NCBI RefSeq assembly: GCF_006345805.1 | Contig: NC_043006.1 | Span: 104,470,001-104,534,000 of the forward strand | DNA from: Octopus sinensis | Taxonomy: Eukaryota | Direction: 5' to 3' | DNA length: 64,000 nucleotides | Shown: piece by piece, positions 26,395-40,392 of the stretch | How the letters are laid out: the number at the start of each line of letters is the position of its first letter | Position numbering within the stretch: position 1 is the stretch's first letter | The notes under the pieces: generated by a model | What the model saw: only the letters and a program-made list of their open reading frames with translations | Told to the model about the DNA's origin: nothing | The model's database searches: none | Program-made: the position numbers and the translations under genes

Positions 26395-26930
26395 TTTCTG
26401 CTAAAGGCGCAAGGCCTGAAATTTAGGTGGGATACTTAATTTATCAACCCCGAAAGGATGAAATACAAAGTCGACCTCGGCGGAATTTGAACTCAGATCG
26501 TAGCGGCAGACGAAATGCCTATTTCTTTACTACCCACAAGGGGCTAAACACAGAGAGGACAAACAAGGACAGAGAAATGGTACATATTTAATCGACCCTG
26601 GAAGGATGAAAGGCAAAGTCGAACTCGGCGGAATTTGAACTCAGAACGTAGCGGCAGACAAAATGCCACGCTCTTAATAGCGATGATAATAATGATTTCA
26701 AATTTTTGCCACAAAGGTAGTATGGTGGGGGGATTAAGTCGATTACATTGAACTCAATGCGTAACTGGTACTTATTTAATGGACACCAAATGGAGAAAAG
26801 TCGACCTCGGCGGAATTTGAACTCAGATCATAGCGGCAGAAGAATACCTATTTCTTTACTACCCACAGGAGGCTAAACACAGAGAGGGCGAACAAGGCTA
26901 GGCAAACGGATTAAGTCGATTATATCGACA
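26395..26930 (-). mobile_element. Cluster of three partial SINE family 2 copies
   Basis: aaagtcgacctcggcggaatttgaactcaga repeated at about 26470, 26620 and 26800. Confidence 0.8.
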
Positions 26931-27396
26931 ACCTTGTATTTAAACATCTCTTTTGTTGATATCGTAAGTACTAGATGATGCCAACAAAATACTCACAGTA
27001 GATAAATTTCGAATTTTGCGAATCAAATAGAATTGAATTTTTGACATTCAGATTTCACTGAAAACAACATTTCAGTTTTGAATTACATCCTAATATTCTG
27101 CGACGCACCTGTATGTATATGGTCAACAATGTTTTATACAAGCAAGTAAGCACACACATACACATACAGACACACTCCACGAACACATTGATACACGCAC
27201 AAACACAATCATTAATTAAACGTAATTAGATTCAGGCTACATATCAGAAGACTAGAGATATGTTTTGTTTCAGAAGATTAATATAACTAAGAATAAGATT
27301 AAGTCGAATAAATTCTACAGAACATAGGATGTAATAAATGATCTGATGACGAAGACAATACAAAACACACACACACCACACACACACCACACACAC

Positions 27397-27476
<80 letters not shown>

Positions 27477-27698
27477 TTATATATATATATACATATACAT
27501 ACATACAAATATGTATACTCATATATATCTATATATATATACATATTTGCATATTACGTATGTATTTATCTCTATTGGTATGTATATATGTACATATATC
27601 TATAACACATACATACACACATATGTGCACATATGTATACATATATACACATATCTATATGCATATCTATCTCTATACGTATGTATCCTCTTTCTCCT

Positions 27699-27744
<46 letters not shown>

Positions 27745-28414
27745 CATATATATGGCGTATGTGGTGTATGAAATATAAGTTTATGGATACTTATATATAC
27801 ATAAATACATATATACATGTATGTATGTATGTGCGTATATAGTAGACAGTACTTATAATTAATTTATATAAGTATTTATATTTTATATTCCTAAGATACT
27901 GAGTATATTATTACTTGATTAAAACAAAGCACTGAATAATATTACTTCACTCACTAAATACCTGCTGTTCTAAGGTCTGTATGGAAGGGGTTAGTAGTCT
28001 ATGTTGTTGAGTGCAAATATTATAGGATCCACGTATTGTTGTGTATGCGATTTTTTAAAAGGACACAGCCATATTTTATGGAATATCATAAACTATTCAA
28101 TGGAATTGATTTCAAAATATTTCAGGATGGAAAATCATGTGATAATATTTTATAAAGAAATGTGAACATCATTTGCAATAATCAGTAAATTAGTACAGGA
28201 TTCCGTACTAAAGATGTCGAGGATAAATATTATCGAAAATAGTACTGTAACCCCTCCAATATCGCGTTTGTTACGTTCCAAAATCTTCCGCGATAAGTAG
28301 AAACAGTACTGTATTGTACATTTAAAAAAAAATTATTGTTATAATTTGTATATATTTATTTTATTATAAATTCAAAACAACACCACAGAGGATCGACGTA
28401 AGCATAAATAATAT

Positions 28415-28812
28415 TTTCTAGTCTAGGCATAAGGCCCGAAAATTTTGGCGAGGGCGACAGTCGATTAGGCTGACTCCAGTTCACAACCGGTACTTAACTT
28501 ATCGACCCCGAAAGGATGAAAAACAAAGTCAACCTCCGCGGTTTTGAATTCAGAACGTAAAGGCAGACGAAATACCTATTTTTTTACTATCCACAAGGGG
28601 CTAAATACAGAGAGGACAAACAAGGACAGACAAACGGATTAAGTAGTCGATTATATTCACACCAGTGCGTAACTGGTACTTATTTAATCGCCCCCGAAAG
28701 GATGAAAGGCAAAGTCGACCTCGGCGGAATTTGAACTCAGAACGTAGCGACAGACGAAATACCGCAAAACATTTCGCTCGGCGTAAAAACGTTTCTGCCA
28801 GCTCGCTGCCTT
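28415..28812 (-). mobile_element. Two tandem SINE family 2 copies
   Basis: Same diagnostic core at about 28525 and 28710; head ends ctgccagctcgctgcctt. Confidence 0.8.
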
Positions 28813-28960
28813 AGTAAGCTTAAATAATAAACTGCGATAGGTGAACGGCTTTATGGCGAAGGATTACTGTATAGGAAATTGGGGTAAGGTAGTTTACTCG
28901 ATAAATAAGAGCAGTAAGAAGAGCGACAAGAGAGTTAACAATATCAACAATTACTATTAC

Positions 28961-29229
28961 TTTCCAGCCTATAGCCGTGCAGAGCTCCGGACCATAGCTT
29001 TGCTGACCGCTGGACAGAGTTTGCTGCCTGTGAGTGCGAGTCACATGAGCCAGAGTTGCTGTTGTCCCAGTGCATCTTCCTCCCCATCCTGCGAGGGAAA
29101 GCCTTTTCTGTTTTGTTTCCGGGGACCATGAGCTGGTCTGAATTACAGAAACTTGTACATTCCATTCCTTAATGTAAAGTTACTCCTAAAATAATTTAGC
29201 TGGCTCCAGATTTGATTCACAGAGATATC
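28961..29229 (-). CDS. Candidate host exon (MECTSFCNSDQLMVPG...KLWSGALHGYRLE), product unknown
   Basis: Unique, non-repetitive, locally GC-richer; acceptor tttcattacag, ATG at 29165, open frame to donor gtaata. An alternative 62-nt + strand exon (tttccag...gtgagt, 28968-29029) is equally possible. Confidence 0.25.
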
Positions 29230-29773
29230 CTGTAATGAAATGGGAAAAGATGTAAACGGGAAATATTGAGTCATTTTGTGTCTCAATATCTGGATCGTTC
29301 AGTTATATATATATATATATATACACTGTCTTCTTTCCTTTTCGGGAGAGATGAGTATGATCTGACGTAAATTGTCTGTTAATTACAGCAGGTCATGCAA
29401 CAGCAAAAAGTTTGCATATTTTGTTCAGCAGCCTAACTAATTTAATAAGTGCCATGAGGTAGTGGTACGTCACCACATCAAGTAGCTGGGACACTTGATT
29501 TACTGAACGTATATATCTTCATAACATCAACAACTCCTAATGAAATGTCTAAAAATGTTTATCATACTTTCCATGGTATAATTCACACCTCATTGTATTA
29601 TTGTTGGAAACAAATGAATGACTGGGGGAAAGTTAAAGACAGAGTGTTGATAGAGATTCGGCAAAATATACTTGACTTAGCTTAGTAATGGAATTCTGTT
29701 AAATGCTTTCCGAGAATATATCACTATGTAATATCTATTTATGTATCTGCCTATCAATGGCTCTCCCCACCTC

Positions 29774-29814
<41 letters not shown>

Positions 29815-29954
29815 GTCTATCTATCTATCTAGAGATAGGTAGATAGATAGATAGATAGATAGATACATATACATATATATATATATACATATATATATAA
29901 TGTATATATGTATATATGTAATATGTATATATATATATGTATATATATATATAG

Positions 29955-29985
<31 letters not shown>

Positions 29986-30199
29986 ATATTATGTATATCT
30001 ATATACACACACACACACACACATATATATATATGTATTACGAATGGAAAATTAAGAAAAAAATTTTACTTTGTAATATTAAGAATGAAAATTTATAAAT
30101 TATACATTATAAATATATATCAATCATGTAAAACAAGTATAAGTCAAATACAGAATGCGAGATATAAAATTAAACATCAGAATAAAAATGCCAGTATTT

Positions 30200-30311
30200 A
30201 AATGTGATATTTAACAAGAAAAATTCAAATACATATCTTCTTTTTTTTTGTTGGTACTAAACTGTAGTACCAGCAAAAAAAGGAAGATATGTTCTTGTCT
30301 ATATCACATTT
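30200..30311. repeat. Short fold-back hairpin
   Basis: acatatcttc-t9-gttggtacta / tagtaccagc-a7-ggaagatatgt, extended by aaatgtgata / tatcacattt. Confidence 0.75.
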
Positions 30312-30435
30312 TTCTTTGTGTTCTTTGTACTCCTTGTCTTGTTTCCCATTTTTCTCTCGTTATTTCCATATTAACTCAGTTTTTGTTTCGTATTTCATGT
30401 TGTTTGTTGTTGCTGACGTCCTGTACCCATATACG

Positions 30436-30483
<48 letters not shown>

Positions 30484-30708
30484 TATATATGCATCTATGT
30501 ATCTATGTATGTATCTATGTATATACACATATATATGTATATGTATGTATATACATATAATATATATTATATATATATATGCATATATCATATATGTATA
30601 GATATAGATATTACATATATGTATATATATATATATACAGATGTATACGTACACATGCATATGTCTATCTCTCCTCCTACACCTGCTCTCTCTCTCCTCC
30701 TACACCTG

Positions 30709-30748
<40 letters not shown>

Positions 30749-31235
30749 GAGTGTGTTTTGATGTGTGTGCACATACGATAAACACGCACACACACACCAC
30801 ACACATACACACCATATAATCATTAACTTTTAATAGTAGTGTTCTGCACGCACTGTCATGTTAAAGTACTCCAAATGAATATAAAATTCTATTCTCCCGT
30901 GTATTCTTGTACCTATGCTACTTTTATGAAGCATCTAAAGTATTGCACATGTATTACAGCTCGTTACAGACCACTTTTGCACTAATTAAAACTCCGCTCT
31001 AGCAATTATCTTACAGACATTTATTTTATGTATATGCCTCAAAAACATCAGACATATATAAACCAGTAATAATTTGTACCTACATATGTGTGCATGTGTA
31101 TGTGTGCGTGTGTAAGCGTGAGAATATTTGTGTGTGTGTTTGTGATCGTGCGTGTGTGTATACAGGTTATTTTATATATGTGTACATATATACATGCATA
31201 TATATATATATTATATATATATATATATGTATATA

Positions 31236-31273
<38 letters not shown>

Positions 31274-31290
31274 CAATATATATATATATT

Positions 31291-31333
<43 letters not shown>

Positions 31334-31814
31334 AATATGTATATGTGGATATTCATACATACATATTTGTATATATATAAGTTTTGCCCTATATATAATA
31401 TATATATATATATATAATATATTATATATATATATATATAATATATGGATATATATATATGTATACACCACACACATGTATATATTATAATAATATATAT
31501 ATTTATATACAAATGTATGTTTGTATGTATGTGCGAGTGTGTGAGTGTGTATGTATGTGTGTACTCGCGCGCTTGTGTGTGTGTCTCTCTCTGCATTAAT
31601 AAGATACTTGAATAATTATCCATTGGTTCATGATTATTCTTATGTCATGATACATGAGAATTTCAATTCATTAATCCCACATCCCTAATAGTAACGTATT
31701 AATTACGGGGTTGGTATTACATGCGTAAATCCTAAAAGTATATCTTGTAAGAAAAATATTTTGTTTATAGATTTGTTATCGCTTTTTAAATATTGTGTAG
31801 TTCAATTAATGTAT

Positions 31815-32222
31815 ACTCTTTTACTTGTTTTAGTCATTTGGCTGTGGCCATGCTGGAGCACCACCTTTATAGTCTAGCAAATAGACCCCAGGACTTATTC
31901 TTTGTAAGCCTAGTACTTATTCTGTCGGCCTCTTTTGCTTAACCACTAAGTTACGGGGTCGTAAACACACCAGCATCGGTTGTCAAGCGATGTTGTAGGG
32001 GACAAACACAGACACACAAGCATATACACACATACATACACATATATACATATATACGATGGGCTTCTTTCAGTTTCCGTCTACCAAATCCACTCACAAG
32101 GCCTTGGTCGGCCCGAGTCTATAGTAGAAGACACTTGCCCAAGGTGCCACGCAGTGGGACTGAACCCGAAACCATGTGGTTCGTAAGCAAGCTACTTACC
32201 ACAGAGCCACTCCTACGCCTAT
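31815..32222 (-). mobile_element. SINE family 1
   Basis: Full-length match to 44145-44557. Confidence 0.85.
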
Positions 32223-32307
32223 ACACGTATGCAAACATTTTGTGCAAAACTTTTTTTTTTACAAGATCTGTTGCTTTGCTGATTTTCTGATAGTCTTTAT
32301 ATTTGTA

Positions 32308-33606
32308 CTAGGTGCTGGACACGGTGTTGCTAGTTTTTCTGTGTTGAAGTTAAGCTTACATCTGACCTTGTATTGAAATTTTTTATGTTCCCCATGCTAA
32401 CTATTACCCATTAAGATGTTAAATCTGACTCGGCAGGGATTTTACCCGGTTAACGCTTTCGACATACTGCTACATACTGGACCATCTGCAATCGCAGTCA
32501 AACATTTGAGTGTATCTCGACCCGTTGTGAGTAATGTTTGTCTATTTCTCTCCCCTTAATGTCACCCTCTGTAAAAAAAATTGATCAGCGTGTCCAGTCT
32601 CAGAAATATCCGAATAAAAGTGTTAAGGTTATGTCCTAGAAGAGAATCCGTGTGACCATTTACATGAAAATATCCCATTGACTTTTAAATCCCAAAACAT
32701 TATGTGAATAATCGGTGTATCATATGTTGAAATGCTTAATTTTACTCATTGGTCAATTTTCTTCAAAGTCAGGTCATCATTATTTGTAAGTGAATTTTGA
32801 GGATTTCTGCCTTTCACCAGTTAAATTCTAATTCTACTATATGACTCCGGCCATAAACTTTACCTAAATGTCGAATTTCATCAAAATCAAATGAATTATG
32901 TAAAAGTTAAAGCATAAAATATTAATCCTATGGGTAATTGCATACAAAAAGCCTATTGATTTTATTAAAATCCCCCGCTCACGCTGCATCAACTTCATGC
33001 TGGCATCAACTAATGAACATGAACTGTAATCACGTGTAAAATTTCTACAAAATCGATAATATAGTCTCTAAGGACATGCTTATTTGTATTTGTGCTCTTC
33101 TCAAGCCCCTTTGAATCAAATAAACACCTTTATCGTCTTCCTCTCCCCCACAAAATTTACATCTCAAATTTCATTAAAATCGGACAAAAAATATAAAAGT
33201 TACGGTCAAAAATAAAATCCCTATGGGTATTTGCACGCAAAAAGCCTATTGATTTTATAAAACCACTCTTCAGTCGCAATTATCGAATTTTTTGTCAACA
33301 CCATATACTACCATGAACCTCAATATACTGCCATGAACCTGATCAATTTTCATCAAAATCGGACAAAAAATGCAAAAGCTGCATGAAAAATAACATCGTT
33401 GTGGGAATTTCCATTCAAACGCCCGACTGATCTCACAAAAATTGATGCCAACTGAGATTTATCGACTTTTCGAAAAATTCCGGCCTTATTTGAACTTCAT
33501 GTGATCTAACTTTGTGCCAAAAATTATTAAAATCGATGTCGGAAGAGTTAGAGTAACCCCCAAACTCACACACAGACAGACATCATTACACATTTATGTA
33601 TGTAGA
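32308..33606 (-). mobile_element. Non-autonomous Helitron with internal subrepeats
   Basis: Minus strand A|TCTACATACATAAA...gtctgtctgt start and ...acaccgtgtccagcacCTAG|T end; repeated aatttcat(c/t)aaaatcggac and aaaaagcctattgatttta units. Confidence 0.65.
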
Positions 33607-34935
33607 TTTCGCACATGGGGACATTTTTTTCTTTTGTCTTTTTACATGATAATTTAAATGATTGACGGATTGAGGTTTTGCTTTATTTGACTTCTCTGAG
33701 ATAAGTATACGTGTGTGTGTATGTGTGTGTGTTTGCATGTGTTTGTGTGTGAAGAGAAAGAAATAGCACGTTATGTATATATAATTACGTATGTAGCTAC
33801 GTATGTATTACCCACTTCACGAAATAGGTTTCGTCTATTAGCTTGTTTAAGCGTCGATGACTTGCTTTTTTACAACTTAACTTGCGCTTCATTGGACGAA
33901 GCAAACCGTTATAACCGGATGCTCCAGGGATGTAAACCCAACCTCGCATCCGTATTTAAATCTGCACCAATTTCAGAGACCTTAGGTCAAATGAAATAAT
34001 TATTAGGAAGTATTCTTCTTGTAATGGGCAATATTTTTTATCTAATGTTAAAATTACTTTTTCGGATTATATAAATGAATTATAATGCATCATTATCCTG
34101 TATTAAAAATGATGAGCATCAACACTATCGTTTGTATACAGGACAGAACAAACTTTTAACACACAAATATAAGAAAACATTTAAACTTTAGCTATAGCTT
34201 ATAAAGAATACGTGATGATTATCTGTCTCAGACTGCTGTAATATTAATTAAAATTAGTACAAAATTATTTAAGTACTACCAAACTTAGAACAACAGTTCT
34301 GTTTATAATACATTCATCGTCTTACTCACGATTTATAATCTTAAGCGCTTTCATAAATTTTAATCACAATTTCAATTTGCTTCTTTTCATTTAAATACAG
34401 GTTAAATAAGATTTGATATATTTCAGTAATATTTAATGAAACTACGGTTATATACCGAGGTGATACGCCATTGGTAGGATATTTAAAATATATTGTAATA
34501 GGTTCTTGAAAATGCTGTTAGAGTTATACCTATCTGGAGTTAATATTATTCATTTCATTAACATACAAAAGAAGCAGATATATCGGTTAACTTTAAGTGA
34601 TATCCTTGACTTTGAAAATTATAGAATTATTTTTGAGATAAATCGTATGGTGTAAACGTTTCAAATTCCATTGTAAATCCTAAATAGAATAAATTAAAAT
34701 TCATATAAAAAAACACATTAATAAAAGAATAATATATTGATCAAAATATTATATAAAAAATTATTTCACGAAATGAATTAACGTTTTGAAAACTTGTTTG
34801 GAATATAATATATATTCCACACTACAGTTGAATACAGAAATACTGTAAGATTCATAGAAAGGTTAATGAGACGTACAGAAATTCTACTCAGGAATATATA
34901 TATATATATATACGTGAAAGGATAGGGTAATGGGT

Positions 34936-35262
34936 AAAGACCCCCTTCGGACCATGGGGTTACACCTAGAAAGTTACCCTCCGAAGCACAAGTCCGTGCA
35001 AGGCTGTTTATGGAAGACCAACAGTCCCCCGTGCATACTGGTCTACCCTCTCCACGCCACCGATGTTATCCAAGGGGAATGGCAAAATCCGATACAGCTT
35101 GGCACCAGTGATGTCGTAACTCATTTCTATAGCTGAGTGAATTGGAGCAACGTGAAATAAAGTGTCTTGCTCAATAACACAACACACAGCCCGGGCTTGG
35201 AATCGAACTCACTATCTCATGCTTGTGAGCCCACCGTCCTAATTACTGAGTCATGCACCTTC
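34936..35262 (-). mobile_element. tRNA-derived SINE, family 3
   Basis: Reverse complement of 18638-18975. Confidence 0.8.
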
Positions 35263-36111
35263 TCATATGAAAGAACATGGTAATATATAATTAAAGGGAA
35301 AAGTCATAATCAAAATGTGAATGTACAAAGAGTTTTCTATGATGTAATATGGAGACGAAATTTCTGGCAAATTTTACTCAGCAAGGGTCTTAAGTATCAT
35401 GATCTAAAACTAAAGAAATCAGAAGAAATATTTGTTTTCTTTTCAATTAGTTCCATCAATTTGAAAATTGTCAGCTTCGTCGTTTGTAATGAATGAAATG
35501 AAACAAAGCTAAACATTTGCTGAATTTTCAGAAGGAATTCGGCTTTCCGACCTTGAGATGATAGATTGTGATATGGTACCAACAGTGGAACAGAATTTCT
35601 GCGAACCACACTTCTTAAAAAGGTTAACATAATGCTAATTTTCCCCGTCAGTTAGTTGTCTTTCCAAAACATTTCGTTAGATTATTTGTTTTTCTTTTCT
35701 TTGATATATGTTTCTCTCTGTAGCAATGAGAGAGAACTATGATATTATTATGACGTTATTATACATTTTCCTTAGATCTTGGAGACTCTGCCTTATAGAA
35801 TCCAGACGTGTCGATCAGGCTGAAATTAAAGCTAGACAAATGAGAAAACTTCCTGTACTTGAAAGAGGTTGCAACAGATGAGTTTAACTGTTAATACGAG
35901 TATAAATGATAACAAAAAGATTTATAAGAAATAGAGGAAAGAAATCTTGTTTTTAAAATTTTTCAGTTTTACATGTTTTACGTAGTACTATAACAACTGG
36001 AAGAAAATATCTTCTGAGACTCCCACGGAAACATTTTAAAAACAGCTTTGACTGAGCTCATAGAATTCCTGAAATAGCGAATTCTGTGAGTACATTTCTC
36101 CTTTCCATCTC

Positions 36112-36116
<5 letters not shown>

Positions 36117-36210
<94 letters not shown>

Positions 36211-36220
36211 CAACAATAAT
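36117..36220. repeat. (AAT)n tract 5' of the LINE
   Basis: Direct inspection. Confidence 0.95.
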
Positions 36221-36791
36221 TATAATGCACCAACATCAGAAGAAGTGGAAGAATTTTGGAAAGAAATATGGTCGGCGAAGGAACAACCTCAGAAAAAGGG
36301 CTATCAAAACAACGAACTTAGCACCTGAACAACTCTGGACTCCTATAACAACTGAAGAAGTCACCCAGGAACTGCAAAAACTAAGCAACTTCTGGTTAAA
36401 ATATCTGACAGGAACACACAGACAGCTGGTTGATAAATTTAACGACATACTAGCAGAGCCAGGGACAATGCCTGAATGGCTCACGAAAGGGAAATTATCC
36501 TAATTCCCAAATCTACTGAAACGGCAAACCCACAAAATTAGAGAGCAATAACTTGTCTCCCCACAATTTACAAAGTCTTTACTGCAATAATATCGCAGAG
36601 ATTCAGCAAACATCTGGAGGAGAACAACCTGTTTCCAGAAGAGCAGAAGGGATGCTGCAAGGGCTCATTCAATTTCAATGAAGAACATAGACCAGACGAA
36701 ATAACGCTAAGAATTTTGCCCGGCGTGCTAACGAATCTACCAGCTCGCCGCCTTAATAAATAATGATGATGATGATGATAATAATAATAAC

Positions 36792-36851
<60 letters not shown>

Positions 36852-38351
36852 TGGTATTCGTGGACAACCAGAAACTATTCTCAGAGACTGAGGCAGAACT
36901 AGAAAGACTCGTCCAGTCTATGCAGATTTTCTCCAATGATATTAAAATGGAGTCTAGACTCTCAAAATGTGCTACGATGGTGAGGGAGAGAAGAAAATTG
37001 CCAAGTGGTGAAGTGATGAAGGCAATTCAACCTCAAAAATCTGGAAATACTTGAGACAGATAGAATCAAACACCACGACACGAAGGAAAAGGCAAAAAAG
37101 AGAACCTGCGGTGAGTGAGAAAAATATTGGCTACAAAGCTAAATGCCAGAATCATAATTTCGGCAATAAACTCGCGCAAAGTCGCAGTAATTCGGTAAGG
37201 CGCTGGGACCCTGAAGTGTACAGAGGAGGAGTTAAAGGAGACGGACAGGAATTCAAGGAAACTCCTAACGATGCATGGTGCCCATTGTCCACGTACAGAC
37301 ACTGACCGCCTGTACATGAAGAGAGCAAACTGAGGAAGGGGGCTGATAAGTGAGGAAAACTGCGTACGTATCGAACTCGAGAGATTAATGAGATACTTAG
37401 CCCAAAGTAAGGAAACCTTGCTTGTGAAAGTTAGGAACGAGGGAATATTGAGAGCAGAGAAAAAAGGGAAGACAAAGGAAGAAGTACAAAAAGGACATGA
37501 AGAAGAATTACGCAAGAAGGGACTACACACTGAATTCCTTGCAGCCGCAACAGAAGTTGCCAGAAAAAATAGGTGGGATTGGCTGATGAAAGGAACCTTA
37601 AACAAAGAGACAAAGAGTACTATACTGGCAGCGCAGGACCAAGCTCTGCCCACGAACTGGAGGGTCAACTTGCGGAATGAGCAAGAGTCTCCGTTGCGCT
37701 GCATCTGCAACAGATCGGATGAACCCATTGTTCATATCATGAACGAATGTGCAAGACTAGCCCAAAACCACTACAAGTTGTGGTGACACGGATCAAGTAG
37801 CAAAATTGTTACACAGGAAGCTGTGCGAAAAATAGAGGCTAGAGAAAGGCAAGACATGGAATGAGCACAAATTGCAGAGAGTGACAGAGTCGGAGTCTAG
37901 CCAAATCCTCTGGGATTTCCCAATCCAGACACATCAGGTGGTAGAGCATAACAGACCGGACCTAGTGGTGGTGGATGAGGTGCACCACATACGCTATATA
38001 GTTGAGGTTGCATGCCTCTATGATCCACGAATAGTCAAGAAGGAAGGCGAAAAGATAGATACATACAACCTTCTTAAGCATGAAATAGCCCGGCTATGGA
38101 AAATGAAGGTGAAGATAGTGCCAACTATTGTTGGTTCATTGGAAACAGTATCAGAAGGCATCAAGTGGAATATAAAGGAAACTGGGATAGTGCACTCTGT
38201 AGAACTGTTACAAGAGGTTTGCTTCCTTGGCACGGCCAAAATAATAGTTGAAAAGAACGAATACCATGGTACCGTAGGCTACAGGTAGTAAACCCGCTAC
38301 GCAGGCAAGACTGCAGGAGCTGCAACAAAACCTGTGATAAAGACAAAAGGA
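36221..38351 (+). mobile_element. 5'-truncated, disrupted R4/Dong-clade non-LTR retrotransposon (RT, CCHC finger, restriction-like endonuclease)
   Basis: PEWLTKG, LIPK...NYRAITCLPTIYK, FVDNQKLF (YMDD region), CICNRSDEPIVHIMNEC, ILWDFPIQT...HNRPDLVV...EVA; flanked by (TAA)n, the known Dong-type target. Confidence 0.85.
36693..36754 (-). mobile_element. SINE family 2 5' head inside the LINE, followed by (AAT)n to 36851
   Basis: agacgaaataacgctaagaattttgcccggcgtgctaacgaatctaccagctcgccgcctt. Confidence 0.75.
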
Positions 38352-38660
<309 letters not shown>

Positions 38661-39110
38661 TCCATTCAGGAAGCGATAGGAGCAATAGGTGTCATATAGA
38701 AAAGTGTTCAAATGTTTCTAGAAAAGATATCTTACAAGTATGACCGAGATACTTCGTAAAATTTCGTCGTTGAAATACATGCCATCACTTAATCTTTTCT
38801 GTTCAATTTTTATAGTAAATTTAATTGATATTTAACACGACTAAGCACAAAATCAATTTATATCTTTTATGCTCTTACTTTTTCTTATCCATCCACAACA
38901 CTTTTCTATACTTGTTTTCTCAATTTCTTTGTTATAGCCACAACCGCACCTGATAATCAAAGGACAGCACTTTTCCTGATAACCCAATGAGCTCGAGGCT
39001 AACAAATGAAATAGCGGAATTCCAAATCTTCTGTCATTTGTTTTATAATATCTAACTCTCTCCACATCAGTGTATGTATATATATACATACATTATATAT
39101 ATATATATAT

Positions 39111-39305
39111 AAGCGAGAAAGAAGCAACAAGAATGGATAGGTTTTTTGTACTAAAAACCTATCCATTCTTGTTGCTTCTTTCTCGCTTATAATCACCCCA
39201 CATTACTGTATTGTTAAGACAGTATAGTTTTTTTTGGTGCATCTAAGTTAGGTACCATATTCAAGTAAATTCATTTAAATTAACTTGAATCCTTATTGCT
39301 TTTTG
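39111..39305 (+). mobile_element. Minimal family B element (about 38-bp hairpin arms plus tail)
   Basis: aagcgagaaag...ggataggtttttt-GTAC-taaaaacctatcc...ctcgctt, then the family B tail; (TA)n on both sides. Confidence 0.9.
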
Positions 39306-39361
<56 letters not shown>

Positions 39362-40351
39362 ATATATATATATATATATACTCACATGTATATGCACATA
39401 AACACATCTACATATGTAAATGTATTATATGTATGCATACACATTTGTACATAATTCTCTGCCAACTTGTCTGTCGCCATCCTCAACTGAAGCAACAGCA
39501 ATCATTTCTATTGTCTCACTAAATGTTTTAAATTACAATATTTAGAATCGAATTACGTATTTGCCATTCTCATCAGTAACTTTATATTTATCTGTAGATT
39601 AACTAAAGAATTCTATGCATTAAATATTTTATTTAATTATACTATATATCTACTGCCAATATTTCGAAACCCTACATATGATATAAATTATTACTAAAAT
39701 AGTTTTCCAAAATATTAATACAACGTAAGCCGATTTGTACAATGTCGCATACGATATAGAACAGTTCGTCATAGTGGAACAGAGTATTACAGAAGTAACT
39801 GGTAACTAAGCTAAATATCTATATTCTTGCTTGCACTGAGCTTTACATGATCTAAATGTAATAGCATATTAAGAAATAACTTGTAGGTATGTATGTATAT
39901 ATATATCACTTGAAAAGGAAAGTGAGAGTAAAGAGGCAAGTTTTGTCTAGCGGATGATTAAAAAAAGATGGGTGAATGTTGCAAGGATGGCACTTATGAA
40001 TGGCGAAGTCACCTTGAGCATAATCCTATGAACCCTGAAAAATTTAAATAGAGAGTTACTTACTTGCAAATAAATGTGTTAACATGTGACATTATTGACC
40101 GAGGTTACCGTGGTATTTTCCGTATACCTTTTGTTTCCACGGATAAACCTTATCTGTTTCTTCCTTTACACTTTACATCATGACATTTCTGTGATACACG
40201 ATCCCTAGTGATCGTTCTTTTACGATCCCTTTTGATCGAAAACCTTCCCCCTACTTTTTCCCTCTTTTTCTTCTTCTTTCTCCCCAAAAAGAAAGCTCTA
40301 CTTTGTAATTTGTCCCCTCTGTGTTCAGCCCTCTGTGGCTAATAAAGAAAC

Positions 40352-40392
<41 letters not shown>

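Noticed and set aside
39525-39580. Minus-strand ctgatga-gaat...attc motif
   Set aside because: GAAA and stem I are not recoverable.
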